Sequence record: MN850644.1
From: Escherichia phage ekra
DNA: 64,000 bases
Strand: one strand, 5' to 3'
This document shows positions 8,720-18,079 of this stretch, piece by piece. A program made the position numbers and the translations under genes. Each line of letters begins with the position of its first letter. Position 1 is the stretch's first letter. Below the pieces are notes generated by a model. The model saw only the letters and a program-made list of their open reading frames with translations. It had not been told where the DNA came from and ran no database searches.

Positions 8720-9020
8720 AGTTTACCTTCTCAGTTAGTTCATATAAATCAACATGCTCAATACTGTCAATGTTGATATCAATCTTTTTGAAACGCTCCA
8801 TCACTTCGTTATCAGTCATCCATATCAGACACCAATGATTCTGGATGGATTCTTCAAGAAGGTCAACACAATCTTTAAAGGTTTTTGTATCACTTCTTGT
8901 TCCTACTACTGCGATTGTTCCATATATCCACTTACCATTGCCATAAGATACTTGTGCTACGCCAACTTCTTTACCTTTCTCATAGTAAACGGCTACAAAA
9001 TCTCTTCCATTAATCTGCAT
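8694..9020 (-). CDS. hypothetical protein (108 aa)
   Basis: ORF. Confidence 0.45.
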   Translation of the reverse strand: MQINGRDFVAVYYEKGKEVGVAQVSYGNGKWIYGTIAVVGTRSDTKTFKDCVDLLEESIQNHWCLIWMTDNEVMERFKKIDINIDSIEHVDLYELTEKVNYESNTSQR

Positions 9021-9022
9021 AG

Positions 9023-9292
9023 TTACTTCCTCGTTTTAAGAACTGCTAAGATTTCTTTAGAATCTGGTAAGAACCATGTGTAGTGATTCTCTTTGATTTC
9101 TGGATGAGTGTCAACCTTTATTTTGCACTCTTTACCAACATGTTTAAGCTGTGCTGTGACACCTTGCATAAAGATATGGCACATCACATTATCCATAATG
9201 GTTGGTGAGAAATCAATTCGCATATAAGTCTCTTTTGGTCGTGGTAACAGTAAGTACCCTTCTACGTAAAAAGTATCTTGATTCTCTGTCAT
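9023..9292 (-). CDS. hypothetical protein (89 aa)
   Basis: ORF. Confidence 0.45.
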   Translation of the reverse strand: MTENQDTFYVEGYLLLPRPKETYMRIDFSPTIMDNVMCHIFMQGVTAQLKHVGKECKIKVDTHPEIKENHYTWFLPDSKEILAVLKTRK

Positions 9293-9558
9293 TGCTGCTT
9301 ATTCCCTAATAAAATCATGTCAATAAGGTTGTTAGCTTTGATTGTGCACTGGTAAAAGCCGTCACGATAGAACTCAAGGGCTGCTGCTACATCGCTGCCT
9401 GTGTTGCCTTTGATGATATACCGTGATTCTTCTTGGGTGTACTTATCACCCTCACTTACTTGGGAGTTTTTGAATGTACTGCTCACTTTGTTCGTTGAAC
9501 ACCCTGACATAGTTATCAGTAACACAAACATTATAAAACTCTGGCTTAGTTTTTTCAT
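9289..9558 (-). CDS. putative o-spanin (outer-membrane lipoprotein), start embedded in the i-spanin gene in another frame
   Basis: MKKLSQSFIMFVLLITMSGC: signal peptide plus lipobox-like SGC; overlaps 9452-9799 by about 107 nt. Confidence 0.45.
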   Translation of the reverse strand: MKKLSQSFIMFVLLITMSGCSTNKVSSTFKNSQVSEGDKYTQEESRYIIKGNTGSDVAAALEFYRDGFYQCTIKANNLIDMILLGNKQQ

Positions 9559-9799
9559 ATGTTAGTACCTCTTTTGTATGCTTATTCTTAGCAAGCACAT
9601 CTTTCAAATCATTTTTGTAATTGGTGCTGAGTGTGGCTAAACCTTCCTGATAAGCATCTTTAGCAACACTTATTAGTTTCTCATTATTTAGCTCAGTTTC
9701 AGCAACTTGATAGTCTCTGTAAGAGTATCCTCCCCAGACACCTGCACCAACTAAGAAAACAATTATGAAAGTAGCTTGACAGAACTCTTTAAATGTCAT
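9452..9799 (-). CDS. putative i-spanin (N-terminal TM helix plus periplasmic domain)
   Basis: ATFIIVFLVGAGVWGGY hydrophobic helix near N-terminus; charged helical remainder; overlapping lipoprotein ORF. Confidence 0.45.
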   Translation of the reverse strand: MTFKEFCQATFIIVFLVGAGVWGGYSYRDYQVAETELNNEKLISVAKDAYQEGLATLSTNYKNDLKDVLAKNKHTKEVLTYEKTKPEFYNVCVTDNYVRVFNEQSEQYIQKLPSK

Positions 9800-9820
9800 T
9801 TAACAATCTCCTAAAATGAA

Positions 9821-9842
9821 AAAGGCTCCCGAAGGAGCCTGT
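9821..9842 (-). terminator. Intrinsic terminator hairpin (aggctcc cgaa ggagcct) with T-run on minus strand
   Basis: Read directly; downstream of 9852-10316. Confidence 0.55.
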
Positions 9843-9851
9843 ATCTTAACC

Positions 9852-10316
9852 TTAACCGAGGACTTTAGCAAGGATATTCGCAGCCATCGAAGAAGCTTTT
9901 GCAGCAGCAACTACGCCAGCTTTGACAGTGCTATCCTTAATAGCAGATACCGTTGCAGCATCAGTAAAGAGATAAGTGATTGTTTTAGAACCACTTGTAA
10001 AGGAAAGCATAAGAGTAGTTTCCAGATTGAAAGAGCGATACGGAGCACCTTCTTTAACGATACCTTCAGCACCTAACTCTGAAGCCTTACCCATATCATA
10101 GATAGTCATCAGGTTTTCTTTGTGTGCAGTCGTTGAACCAGCACCTTTTACGTGTTTTTTAACATTCAATAATGCACGATATTCACGAATGCTGCCATCA
10201 GCTTTTACATTAACAGCACGAAAAATTTTACCTTCAAAGTTACCTTGAATCATTTTACGAACTATTGCAGATTTGTTTACCGTATCGTCCAGTGCTACCG
10301 TAATGATATTGTTCAT
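9852..10316 (-). CDS. hypothetical protein (154 aa)
   Basis: ORF followed by terminator. Confidence 0.5.
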   Translation of the reverse strand: MNNIITVALDDTVNKSAIVRKMIQGNFEGKIFRAVNVKADGSIREYRALLNVKKHVKGAGSTTAHKENLMTIYDMGKASELGAEGIVKEGAPYRSFNLETTLMLSFTSGSKTITYLFTDAATVSAIKDSTVKAGVVAAAKASSMAANILAKVLG

Positions 10317-10326
10317 AAGTTTTCTC

Positions 10327-11022
10327 TCAATGTTTAACTAACATGGTTTTAATGTGTGGAAGGATTCTGTTCACCTTCTGCACATTCTTCTCTGTGTCTT
10401 CTATAAAACATACTATATTAAAGTAAGGCAGGATGCAAGACTGAATCATCCTCACTTTCAAACTTTCTGCACTTATAGAGTTAGTTCCAAAACCACGCAT
10501 AAAAAGCATGTAGTCATGCTCTATGTTGTGCCTTAAAAACATCTCAGTAGGTATTCTCTGAGATTCACCTCTCGCTGTCAAGAGTCCAATGGCAGCATGA
10601 TTAGCAATTGCATCAATAATACTAAAGACATACGTTGGTTTTGCTCTTACAGAGTCAAGAAGATTAGTGTACTGTGAGAATGACCCATCAGTCAATTCCG
10701 TTGAGCAATCTTCGTGATTAAAATTTGTAAGAACACCATCAATATCTGCTAAGATGAGGTTACCTTTTTCTACAAGGTCTTTATTGACTATGACTAAGCT
10801 ATCACGACTTACACCTATAGTTTGTCCAGTCTCTTTATCTACAACATTCACAATTGGCTCTGATGTGTGGAACTCTTCGAGTGAACATACAACTTCTCTT
10901 GCAGTGTCTTCAAAATCCCTACACTGTTCTGGAGTCCATACACAGGAATCAAGACCTAACTCATGAGGATGTAAGTCGTAAGCATGACACAGTACTTCAT
11001 CAGACTTTTTTAATTTTTTCAT
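10327..11022 (-). CDS. HAD-superfamily-like hydrolase/phosphatase candidate
   Basis: Motif ILADIDGVL resembles HAD motif I (DxDGT/V); otherwise unassigned. Confidence 0.35.
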   Translation of the reverse strand: MKKLKKSDEVLCHAYDLHPHELGLDSCVWTPEQCRDFEDTAREVVCSLEEFHTSEPIVNVVDKETGQTIGVSRDSLVIVNKDLVEKGNLILADIDGVLTNFNHEDCSTELTDGSFSQYTNLLDSVRAKPTYVFSIIDAIANHAAIGLLTARGESQRIPTEMFLRHNIEHDYMLFMRGFGTNSISAESLKVRMIQSCILPYFNIVCFIEDTEKNVQKVNRILPHIKTMLVKH

Positions 11023-11548
11023 GGTTTACCTTAGAAATGTTTGTTGCAAATTCACATTGAGCAATGACTTTCATGTTGTTATAGACATCTTGAGAATATT
11101 TCTTAGCTTTAGGGATTTTGTACGAATACCCAGCATTATATGATGCTAAAACTTTTTGTAAAGTCTTCTTTGACTTTGGCTGACCATGCACCTTTGTCCA
11201 AAACTCAAGCTCTTTGTGAGTTTCCTTCGCAGCATAGTTAAAGTCTTTTAAGAGTTTCTTTTTAGCCACATTAGGACTAATTTTGTTACGCTTTACAACA
11301 GTCTTCAAGTGATTCTGGAAAATACCATAATCATGTGTCTTTTTATTCTCTACCTTCAGACCTAACTCTGACTCTTGTAAGGCTATAGCAGCTAGAGTGA
11401 TACCCCAACCTTTACCCATGTTGTTCTCACCATACTGGTAAGCTTTTAACATGTTTACTTTTTGGCTAATTGATAGCTCTGGGCAGTCAACTGCATAAGA
11501 TAAGTGTGCTGTAAACATTAAGCACAAACCTAGAATCAATTTCTTCAT
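11000..11548 (-). CDS. Lytic transglycosylase (SLT domain) with N-terminal signal peptide; endolysin candidate
   Basis: MKKLILGLCLMFTAHLSYA signal; SLT motifs AIALQESELG (catalytic Glu-Ser), GIFQ, SYNAGYSY. Confidence 0.65.
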   Translation of the reverse strand: MKKLILGLCLMFTAHLSYAVDCPELSISQKVNMLKAYQYGENNMGKGWGITLAAIALQESELGLKVENKKTHDYGIFQNHLKTVVKRNKISPNVAKKKLLKDFNYAAKETHKELEFWTKVHGQPKSKKTLQKVLASYNAGYSYKIPKAKKYSQDVYNNMKVIAQCEFATNISKVNHEKIKKV

Positions 11549-11612
11549 TGGTTCTCCTGTTTAGTTTATCGTGACAACAATTATACAGTACTCTGCACAA
11601 AATACAAATAAA

Positions 11613-11638
11613 AAAGGCCGCCGAAGCAGCCTTTTAAG
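11613..11638 (-). terminator. Intrinsic terminator hairpin with T-run on minus strand
   Basis: ggccgccgaagcagcc stem-loop flanked by aaaaaa (plus) = tttttt on minus. Confidence 0.5.
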
Positions 11639-11648
11639 AAATTACTTA

Positions 11649-12758
11649 TTAGATTTCACGTTTACGCTGAGAGATGAGTTCCCCAGCAGTGCCAACGATG
11701 ACATGCAAAGCTTCAGTCTTGCCATCCCATGCTTTCAGTACTTTACGTTGATTATCAACGATTGCTGCAACTTCATAACGTGATGAACGCATCTTCATAT
11801 CGTTGTAATCAGTTGGTACGGACACAACATCTCGTGGATGGACACGAACCTTCAGAATTGTATCACCTGAGAAGCAACGAACATAATCCCAAGCACCAAC
11901 ATGAAGACCTTGAGAGCAAGTCATGTTACGGTTATTATCAACCATCCAACGTGGCATTTCTACAATGTTACCCAAATCATTAGGTACTCTGTAGGTGTGG
12001 TAGTCAACCAGCTTGCCTTCACGAGTAGATACTTTCTTCCAACCAATGATGTAGCCTTCTTCATCAATTTCAACATCAAGGTGAGATACGAAGCCCCAAA
12101 GTTGTTCTACGGAATCTTTAGATGGGTTTTCCATCAGTTTTTCGAAGAACATCACAAGGCGTTCGAAACCTTTATCTCCAGTCTTCATCATGTGAAGAAT
12201 ACGGTCAACCAGAGTAGAACGCATCTCAACAGCACCGTAGAATAACTTGTCACCTTTGATGGTGATAGCACCCTGAGTGAAGTTTTCGATAGACTTACGA
12301 ATGTTCATCAGTTCGAAAGCTTTCTTATACTCACCGGATACAACAGCCATCACGATTTCTTTATAGTTCGGATGGGTAGATTCAACGATTTCAGAATCTG
12401 CACCGAAAGTCATGATAACAGAGTCACCAGTAATCATATACTCAATCTGGTTGCCATTCTGCATAGCTTCATGCAGTTTATTTACTGGAGCTTTCTGTAC
12501 AGCGTCTTTAACAACTTTTTCAACTGGCTTGTCAGCTTTCTTTTTAAAAGTCTTAGCAACTTGTTTCAAAGTCTTCGTAGCTGGTGTAGAAGTCGCCTTC
12601 TTATTCCCTTTTAAGGTTGCTTCATGACGCTCTACAGCACGACCGACTGAACGGGTTGAAGTATTAAATTTCTGTGCAATAGCTGTTTTAGTCAGCTTAC
12701 CTTCTTTAACCAGTTTGTAAATTTCTGCGTCAATCTGTGCTTTAGTTTTAGTAGTCAT
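11649..12758 (-). CDS. rIIB-like protein candidate (369 aa) with N-terminal HTH-like segment
   Basis: Positional partner immediately downstream of the rIIA-like gene; similar size class; N-terminus TAIAQKFNTSTRSVGRAV looks helix-turn-helix; no diagnostic motif. Confidence 0.35.
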   Translation of the reverse strand: MTTKTKAQIDAEIYKLVKEGKLTKTAIAQKFNTSTRSVGRAVERHEATLKGNKKATSTPATKTLKQVAKTFKKKADKPVEKVVKDAVQKAPVNKLHEAMQNGNQIEYMITGDSVIMTFGADSEIVESTHPNYKEIVMAVVSGEYKKAFELMNIRKSIENFTQGAITIKGDKLFYGAVEMRSTLVDRILHMMKTGDKGFERLVMFFEKLMENPSKDSVEQLWGFVSHLDVEIDEEGYIIGWKKVSTREGKLVDYHTYRVPNDLGNIVEMPRWMVDNNRNMTCSQGLHVGAWDYVRCFSGDTILKVRVHPRDVVSVPTDYNDMKMRSSRYEVAAIVDNQRKVLKAWDGKTEALHVIVGTAGELISQRKREI

Positions 12759-12839
12759 CTTATTACTCTCTCTCTTGTTAGTTAATAAATCATTTTGTGA
12801 TGCTATTTTAAGGGGTTTTGAAGCCCCTTGTCAAACACT

Positions 12840-15206
12840 TTAATCGTAAATTGTAGTTCCTTCTGGAACACATTTTACATCAAAACCTAAGAACTTACTC
12901 ACTTCGATGGGTGACACTTTATTCCAATCTAAATGAGAAAGCAAGAAGTTTTCTTGTTTTCTTTTTGAAAGATAGTTTGTCACCTTAATAACCATACGGT
13001 CACCAGCTTTCTTAATTTTCTTGTAAAGCTTTGTATCGTTGTCAAGACAGTCTTTCAAAGTTTTCAATACACTAATAGTATAAGTGTATGCAAATGGTGC
13101 AGCAACGTATTGGATTTTACCGAACATTGCCTCTACAGCCTCTTCATTACCTTCTAGGAAGATAGTTTTGTTTGTATCCCGTGAATAGCAATAACCACGA
13201 GAAATCTTCCTATTATTGAATGTAAAGTTTCTGGCAATAATCCAGCTACTTGTAAGGTCAAGAACACCATTCATGTAGATGCGTGTCATATACCTGTTGT
13301 GATTAATCCAATGAACATCAGTTAAGCTGTCGTTCAAGAGCTTCTCATCTACTTCAATCCAGTCTTCTGGTATCTTTTTCCAATTTGCTTTTCGGAAAAC
13401 ATAGACTGTCTTTCCAATAACATTAGTAACTGACTTAGCTACATCTTCTGGGGATGAGCAAAAACATTCACCATCAACTGTGTCACCAATTGCCTTAATG
13501 TAAAGCTGAGGTTCTTCAATTGTGTCTAAGTCCTCTGACACCTCTTTGTAGGAGGCTACACCTTCTGCTGGAACAGCTTTCCAGAGTTTTACAACACCTC
13601 TTACAGCTTCTTTACGCTGGTAATGGTGTTCCTTATCAGACATTTTCACAATCTTTAACAAGCTTTTATCAAGTTTGTGTAGATTGATTAAATCATCTAA
13701 CTCTTTTTCAGTCGAGAATACAAACACAATACCATTATATCTGTGAAACAGACTGGACTCACTGGCGTAGTCTCGACATGCACCACGCAGAATCTGATTG
13801 CGGCCTACAGTCTTCTCAGTACCGTTTTTATTGCGACGGTCATTAATAACAAACAAAAACTGTTCAATTTGACTTTTACGCATTGCACCAAAGATATTGA
13901 ACATACTTGCCTCTTGAGTGTAGGAAAGTGCTGTTGCACGAATCTTACTCTCTAAAGAGTTGAACTTGACATAAGCAACTGGATTGTATAGGTAGTCAAC
14001 TTTAGGGATATTGTTTCCTTTGCTGTCAACCTTAATATTGCCTTTGCCGTCACGTTCATAGACGACTGAGCCGTCTTCTGCGTAGATAATTCCACGACGA
14101 ATGTTTAACAATTCTTCTTCCAGAGAGTCAAGCTTAACACCTCCCCACTCTAACTTTGGACACACAGCATTAAACATCTCTCGTGAGTTCAAACGTAACT
14201 CAGCATAAGCCTGTGCAGCATCCATGAGTGTAGGTTGACTGTTAACTTTCTTGATAACATCCTTTGTAATTGCTTCAGTTATCTTTTTAGTAGCCTCAAT
14301 GATAACATTTTTTGTCGTGTCATTCATCTGCAATGCTTCACGAGAAGCTGCAATAGCGACTGAACCAATAGGCATGTAGATGTTTACAAGGTCTACGCTC
14401 CTACGGAAAAATTCTGGCAAGACTTTGAAGAAATCATCGCCAAGTAATGCTTCCATATTAACTGGGTAGGCAATATTACCCATTACCACATTAAAATCTG
14501 TCCTGTTGCCACTAGAACGCCAGCTTTGCTTATGAATCATAGCATCATAAACACCTTCTTCACGGGCAATGACGTTCATATCTGCTAACACGTCATCATA
14601 CACAATGTTACTTTCTGGTTTTACAGCAAAGTATGAGTATACGTGACCAGCCTCTTCAAAGAACTTTGAGATGCGGTGGTCAGCAACTGCCACACGTACA
14701 GCTAAACCATTAGGTTCTTTTGTTGGGTTAGTTGTCAGCTTAGTTACTTGAGGGATACCATTCTCAAGGTAAACAGAGTACTTATTAACAACACCATCAA
14801 CATAGCTAGATACTGTGAATGACTGAGCAATTGCAAATGGTGACTTTGAGCCGATACCCATTGCACCAATGTAGTCATTGGAGTCATTCTTTGTAGAAGC
14901 CCCGTAGTTTAGGTACAAGCTCATAACTTTGTCATGAGTTAATCCAGTTCCAAAATCACGAACTTCAAAGTAAGGCTCAAAACGAGTAGGTAAATGCACA
15001 TGGAATGGGATGTTCTCTTTTCCAGCTTCTTTCTGAGCATCTACTGCGTTACATGACAGTTCACGAATAACTGCCCTTTCTTTAAATGTGTATACACCAG
15101 AACTCAAAAGGCTGAACATTTCAGGTGTCATTGTAATCTGTGCTTGAGACGTCTCTAAAGAAGTTGAACTCTTAATCACTTCTGCGTGGTCGTTTACCAT
15201 GCGCAT
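12840..15206 (-). CDS. rIIA: rIIA-like protein with N-terminal GHKL/HATPase-type ATPase fold
   Basis: N-box-like ELSCNAVDA and G1-box-like DFGTGLT near N-terminus; 788 aa; adjacent putative rIIB. Confidence 0.5.
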   Translation of the reverse strand: MRMVNDHAEVIKSSTSLETSQAQITMTPEMFSLLSSGVYTFKERAVIRELSCNAVDAQKEAGKENIPFHVHLPTRFEPYFEVRDFGTGLTHDKVMSLYLNYGASTKNDSNDYIGAMGIGSKSPFAIAQSFTVSSYVDGVVNKYSVYLENGIPQVTKLTTNPTKEPNGLAVRVAVADHRISKFFEEAGHVYSYFAVKPESNIVYDDVLADMNVIAREEGVYDAMIHKQSWRSSGNRTDFNVVMGNIAYPVNMEALLGDDFFKVLPEFFRRSVDLVNIYMPIGSVAIAASREALQMNDTTKNVIIEATKKITEAITKDVIKKVNSQPTLMDAAQAYAELRLNSREMFNAVCPKLEWGGVKLDSLEEELLNIRRGIIYAEDGSVVYERDGKGNIKVDSKGNNIPKVDYLYNPVAYVKFNSLESKIRATALSYTQEASMFNIFGAMRKSQIEQFLFVINDRRNKNGTEKTVGRNQILRGACRDYASESSLFHRYNGIVFVFSTEKELDDLINLHKLDKSLLKIVKMSDKEHHYQRKEAVRGVVKLWKAVPAEGVASYKEVSEDLDTIEEPQLYIKAIGDTVDGECFCSSPEDVAKSVTNVIGKTVYVFRKANWKKIPEDWIEVDEKLLNDSLTDVHWINHNRYMTRIYMNGVLDLTSSWIIARNFTFNNRKISRGYCYSRDTNKTIFLEGNEEAVEAMFGKIQYVAAPFAYTYTISVLKTLKDCLDNDTKLYKKIKKAGDRMVIKVTNYLSKRKQENFLLSHLDWNKVSPIEVSKFLGFDVKCVPEGTTIYD

Positions 15207-15392
15207 AATACTTTCCTCTCAGTTTACTGTTAAATTACTTATTAAACATTTTACCAGAACCACCACACATAGGGCAACATCCTGCCCTTATGTACCCCTC
15301 TCCATTACAGTAGTCACATTTTTTGTGCTCTGCAAAGTACTTGCAAAGGAGGTAGACAAATACTGCTACACTACCAAGTGACAGTAAAATTT

Positions 15393-15728
15393 CTATCCAA
15401 TATGCTTGCATGACTCACCTCTCATATTCTTGTAAAGGATAAAGCTTCTGTCATGGACGATACTTGTAGACACTGCAAAGTTACTTTCAAGCATCTGTTT
15501 GTTTGGATTGTAGAAGCTTCCTTTAAACTCGTCAAGTGCAAATTGGTGATTATCTGGAAGACCTTTTACACAGACCTTTATTGTAATTGCTGCTGCGACC
15601 TTGCCAGTCAGTTCTTCTTTAGCTGCTACTAAAATTTTGTTAAGAAACTTATGGCCATCTTCAGGCTTCTTGATGTTCTCCCAACGTTCTTCTAAGACAA
15701 TGTTGATGTTCATCTCTTTGATTTTCAT
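15393..15728 (-). CDS. hypothetical protein (111 aa)
   Basis: ORF. Confidence 0.5.
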   Translation of the reverse strand: MKIKEMNINIVLEERWENIKKPEDGHKFLNKILVAAKEELTGKVAAAITIKVCVKGLPDNHQFALDEFKGSFYNPNKQMLESNFAVSTSIVHDRSFILYKNMRGESCKHIG

Positions 15729-15750
15729 AGTTTTCTCCAGAAATTAAAAA

Positions 15751-15770
15751 GGCTCCCGTAGGAGCCTCTT
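15751..15770 (-). terminator. Intrinsic terminator hairpin (ggctcc cgta ggagcc) with T-run on minus strand
   Basis: Read directly; downstream of the NAMPT-like gene. Confidence 0.55.
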
Positions 15771-15781
15771 ATCATATACTT

Positions 15782-17467
15782 TTAAAGCTGCTTGTCAATA
15801 TTATTTCGAATATCACCAAGAGTTGTGTAACCAAACTGCTCAGAGTCACTAAAGACTAAACGTAAAGCACAAGCTGGGTGGTCAAGTACATCTGCAAAAC
15901 TCTGGAATCCATAGCCATCTACAGCTTTCAGCTTACCACCATCCCACATAGGTGCTACACCACCAAAGGCAGATTTCTTAACACCACTATCTGTTTTAGG
16001 GTCTTTTGCAAGCATAATCTCTTTACCACCAATGCTTGCAAGAGTTGCTTTGACAGCAAATGCAAAGGTGTCACGAGTCATGTACTGGTAAGTGTAAGAA
16101 CCTACGCCAAACACTACGTTAGAGCTTGCAAAACCCATTTCATACAGACGCTTCAGGATTTCGTTTGCACGTTCCAGCGTGATAGAGTCACCATAGATAA
16201 GTCCGATATGCTCATCCAGTACCTTAAACCCTTTAGAGTTAATAGTTCCCCCAAAGATGTTGTACAGTGTCTTAATAGCTCCATCAATCTCAGCTACAGG
16301 ACGTGTTACAACGTTTGCAGAACCAACCATATAAGCATTTTTCAACATCACTGTATCAGCAACTTCAAAGTCTTCTCTGTCAACAACCATTTCGTAGCCT
16401 TCTGACAGTAGCCATCCAGCAATACCATAGTTGATATTTTCAAGCTTCATGTTCAGAACAGCATTCAACATTGTGTCACTGGCTTCCAGCTTGCTTAGGT
16501 GCTCGTAATAAGCCTTTTTAGCACATTCTAAGTGGATTGCTTTATAACCTGTGACAATATGTACAGGGTCTCCAGAGTCAGGACGAATTACCAGTTTGCC
16601 ATCACGTTCCATAATTTCTTTACGAAGTGCTGGTAAAATTTCTGACACAGTTCTCCAGAAGTTATAAGTGTCTGAAACAACACTTGCAATACCAGTTGGG
16701 TAAGTTTCTGTTAAGAAACGACGGAAGGTTTGTAACTCACCTTTAAAGCGTCTTTCTTCTTCAATCAACTCATTACCACCTTCCCAAGCAATGTTTGCAC
16801 ACATTACAGAGTGCTCAGTGGCTGGTACAGAACCACCAATATCAGAGATTGGGTAAGACTGCCCGTAGATGCGTTTAGCTGTATATACAGCAGGGAAGCT
16901 ATCAGTTCCTTTAAAGCTGGTTAAGTGGCCTACAGCATTAAATGCGTCATCAGTAAAGCCGGACATACCACGCATAGCAAAGTCATGGCACTGATAAGGC
17001 AAATGTAAGTCGTTGTCACAAGTAAGGTCAGCCCACTTCTTACAGATACGTTTGTAGTGTAATGCAATAGTTGCAATGGTACAAGCCTTCCAAATCTCAG
17101 CAGAAAAAGCATCTTCCAGATACCCCGCTACCCAATGGAAACCTGAAACAGTGTTCTGGAAGACAATCATTGGCACACGCATAGGGACAACTGTGCCTTC
17201 TTCTACAGCGTATACTTCAACTGGCAGATAACCCAAGTCGTGAAGTGCTTCCCAATGCTCTCGACCGATAGCATCTTTACCCAGAACACCATTCATGACT
17301 TCTAAGATTTCGTCAATTGCTTCTTTTTTATCACGTTCAAAGAAGGTGGCATTCCAATGGTCTATCAAGTAATCTTTAACAAAACGTTGAATACCAAAAG
17401 CCACTACACCGTCAATTGCCAAAGGGCTGTTAAACCATTTGTCGCTACGTGGTGTCAGGTTCAACAT
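15782..17467 (-). CDS. Nicotinamide phosphoribosyltransferase (NAMPT/NadV) family protein; may be a nicotinamide ADP-ribose transferase of a phage NAD+ reconstitution pathway
   Basis: Matches recalled NAMPT motifs: IRPDSGDP, GDS...GVGSY, KDPKTDSGVKKSAFGG; 561 aa. Confidence 0.8.
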   Translation of the reverse strand: MLNLTPRSDKWFNSPLAIDGVVAFGIQRFVKDYLIDHWNATFFERDKKEAIDEILEVMNGVLGKDAIGREHWEALHDLGYLPVEVYAVEEGTVVPMRVPMIVFQNTVSGFHWVAGYLEDAFSAEIWKACTIATIALHYKRICKKWADLTCDNDLHLPYQCHDFAMRGMSGFTDDAFNAVGHLTSFKGTDSFPAVYTAKRIYGQSYPISDIGGSVPATEHSVMCANIAWEGGNELIEEERRFKGELQTFRRFLTETYPTGIASVVSDTYNFWRTVSEILPALRKEIMERDGKLVIRPDSGDPVHIVTGYKAIHLECAKKAYYEHLSKLEASDTMLNAVLNMKLENINYGIAGWLLSEGYEMVVDREDFEVADTVMLKNAYMVGSANVVTRPVAEIDGAIKTLYNIFGGTINSKGFKVLDEHIGLIYGDSITLERANEILKRLYEMGFASSNVVFGVGSYTYQYMTRDTFAFAVKATLASIGGKEIMLAKDPKTDSGVKKSAFGGVAPMWDGGKLKAVDGYGFQSFADVLDHPACALRLVFSDSEQFGYTTLGDIRNNIDKQL

Positions 17468-17579
17468 AAGATATTGCGTAGCATCTGGATACTGATATAT
17501 ATATGTGATGCCTTGTAAGCATCTGCATTAAGACCTGCTGGTACTGCGTAAAGTGACTTACTCATATTTTATCTCTCTC

Positions 17580-18071
17580 TTAGTTATGTCTTGCAAACTC
17601 ACCATGAAGTTCTATTCGCTTTTTAATTACAGCTTCTTTTGCTTCTTCTACCGTTTTAAATCTTCCACAAAAGTATTCTTTATGGTAAAGCATGACTCTT
17701 GCTTTGTAAAGACCTGTTTGTTTACAAAAACTTACACCCTTCACACCAGTTTTATTATTCTTGTATATACCTCTATTCCTCTGATTTTGTGACTTTGTGC
17801 TAAGTCTTAAATTCTCCAACTTATTATTAGATTTATCAAGGTCTATGTGGTCTATCTCATATCCACTTGGTATCTCACCTCCAGACATAATCCATGCAAT
17901 ATTATGTGCATAGTACCTCTTCTTATTTATCTGGACTTGGATATAACCCTTCTTAGACCTTGTGCCAGCCACATTACCAGCAATAGCGGTACTGCAAAGG
18001 GTTACTCTCCAAATTAATAAACCTGTATCTGGTTCATATATTAGGTATCTTTCAAAATAACCCTTATTCAT
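17580..18071 (-). CDS. Free-standing HNH homing endonuclease with AP2-type DNA-binding domain
   Basis: YAHNIAWIM...EIDHIDLDKSNNKLENLRL (HNH) and NKTGVKGVSF...YKARV (AP2); paralogous to 30369-30869 and 40472-40984. Confidence 0.75.
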   Translation of the reverse strand: MNKGYFERYLIYEPDTGLLIWRVTLCSTAIAGNVAGTRSKKGYIQVQINKKRYYAHNIAWIMSGGEIPSGYEIDHIDLDKSNNKLENLRLSTKSQNQRNRGIYKNNKTGVKGVSFCKQTGLYKARVMLYHKEYFCGRFKTVEEAKEAVIKKRIELHGEFARHN

Positions 18072-18079
18072 ACTGTTAC

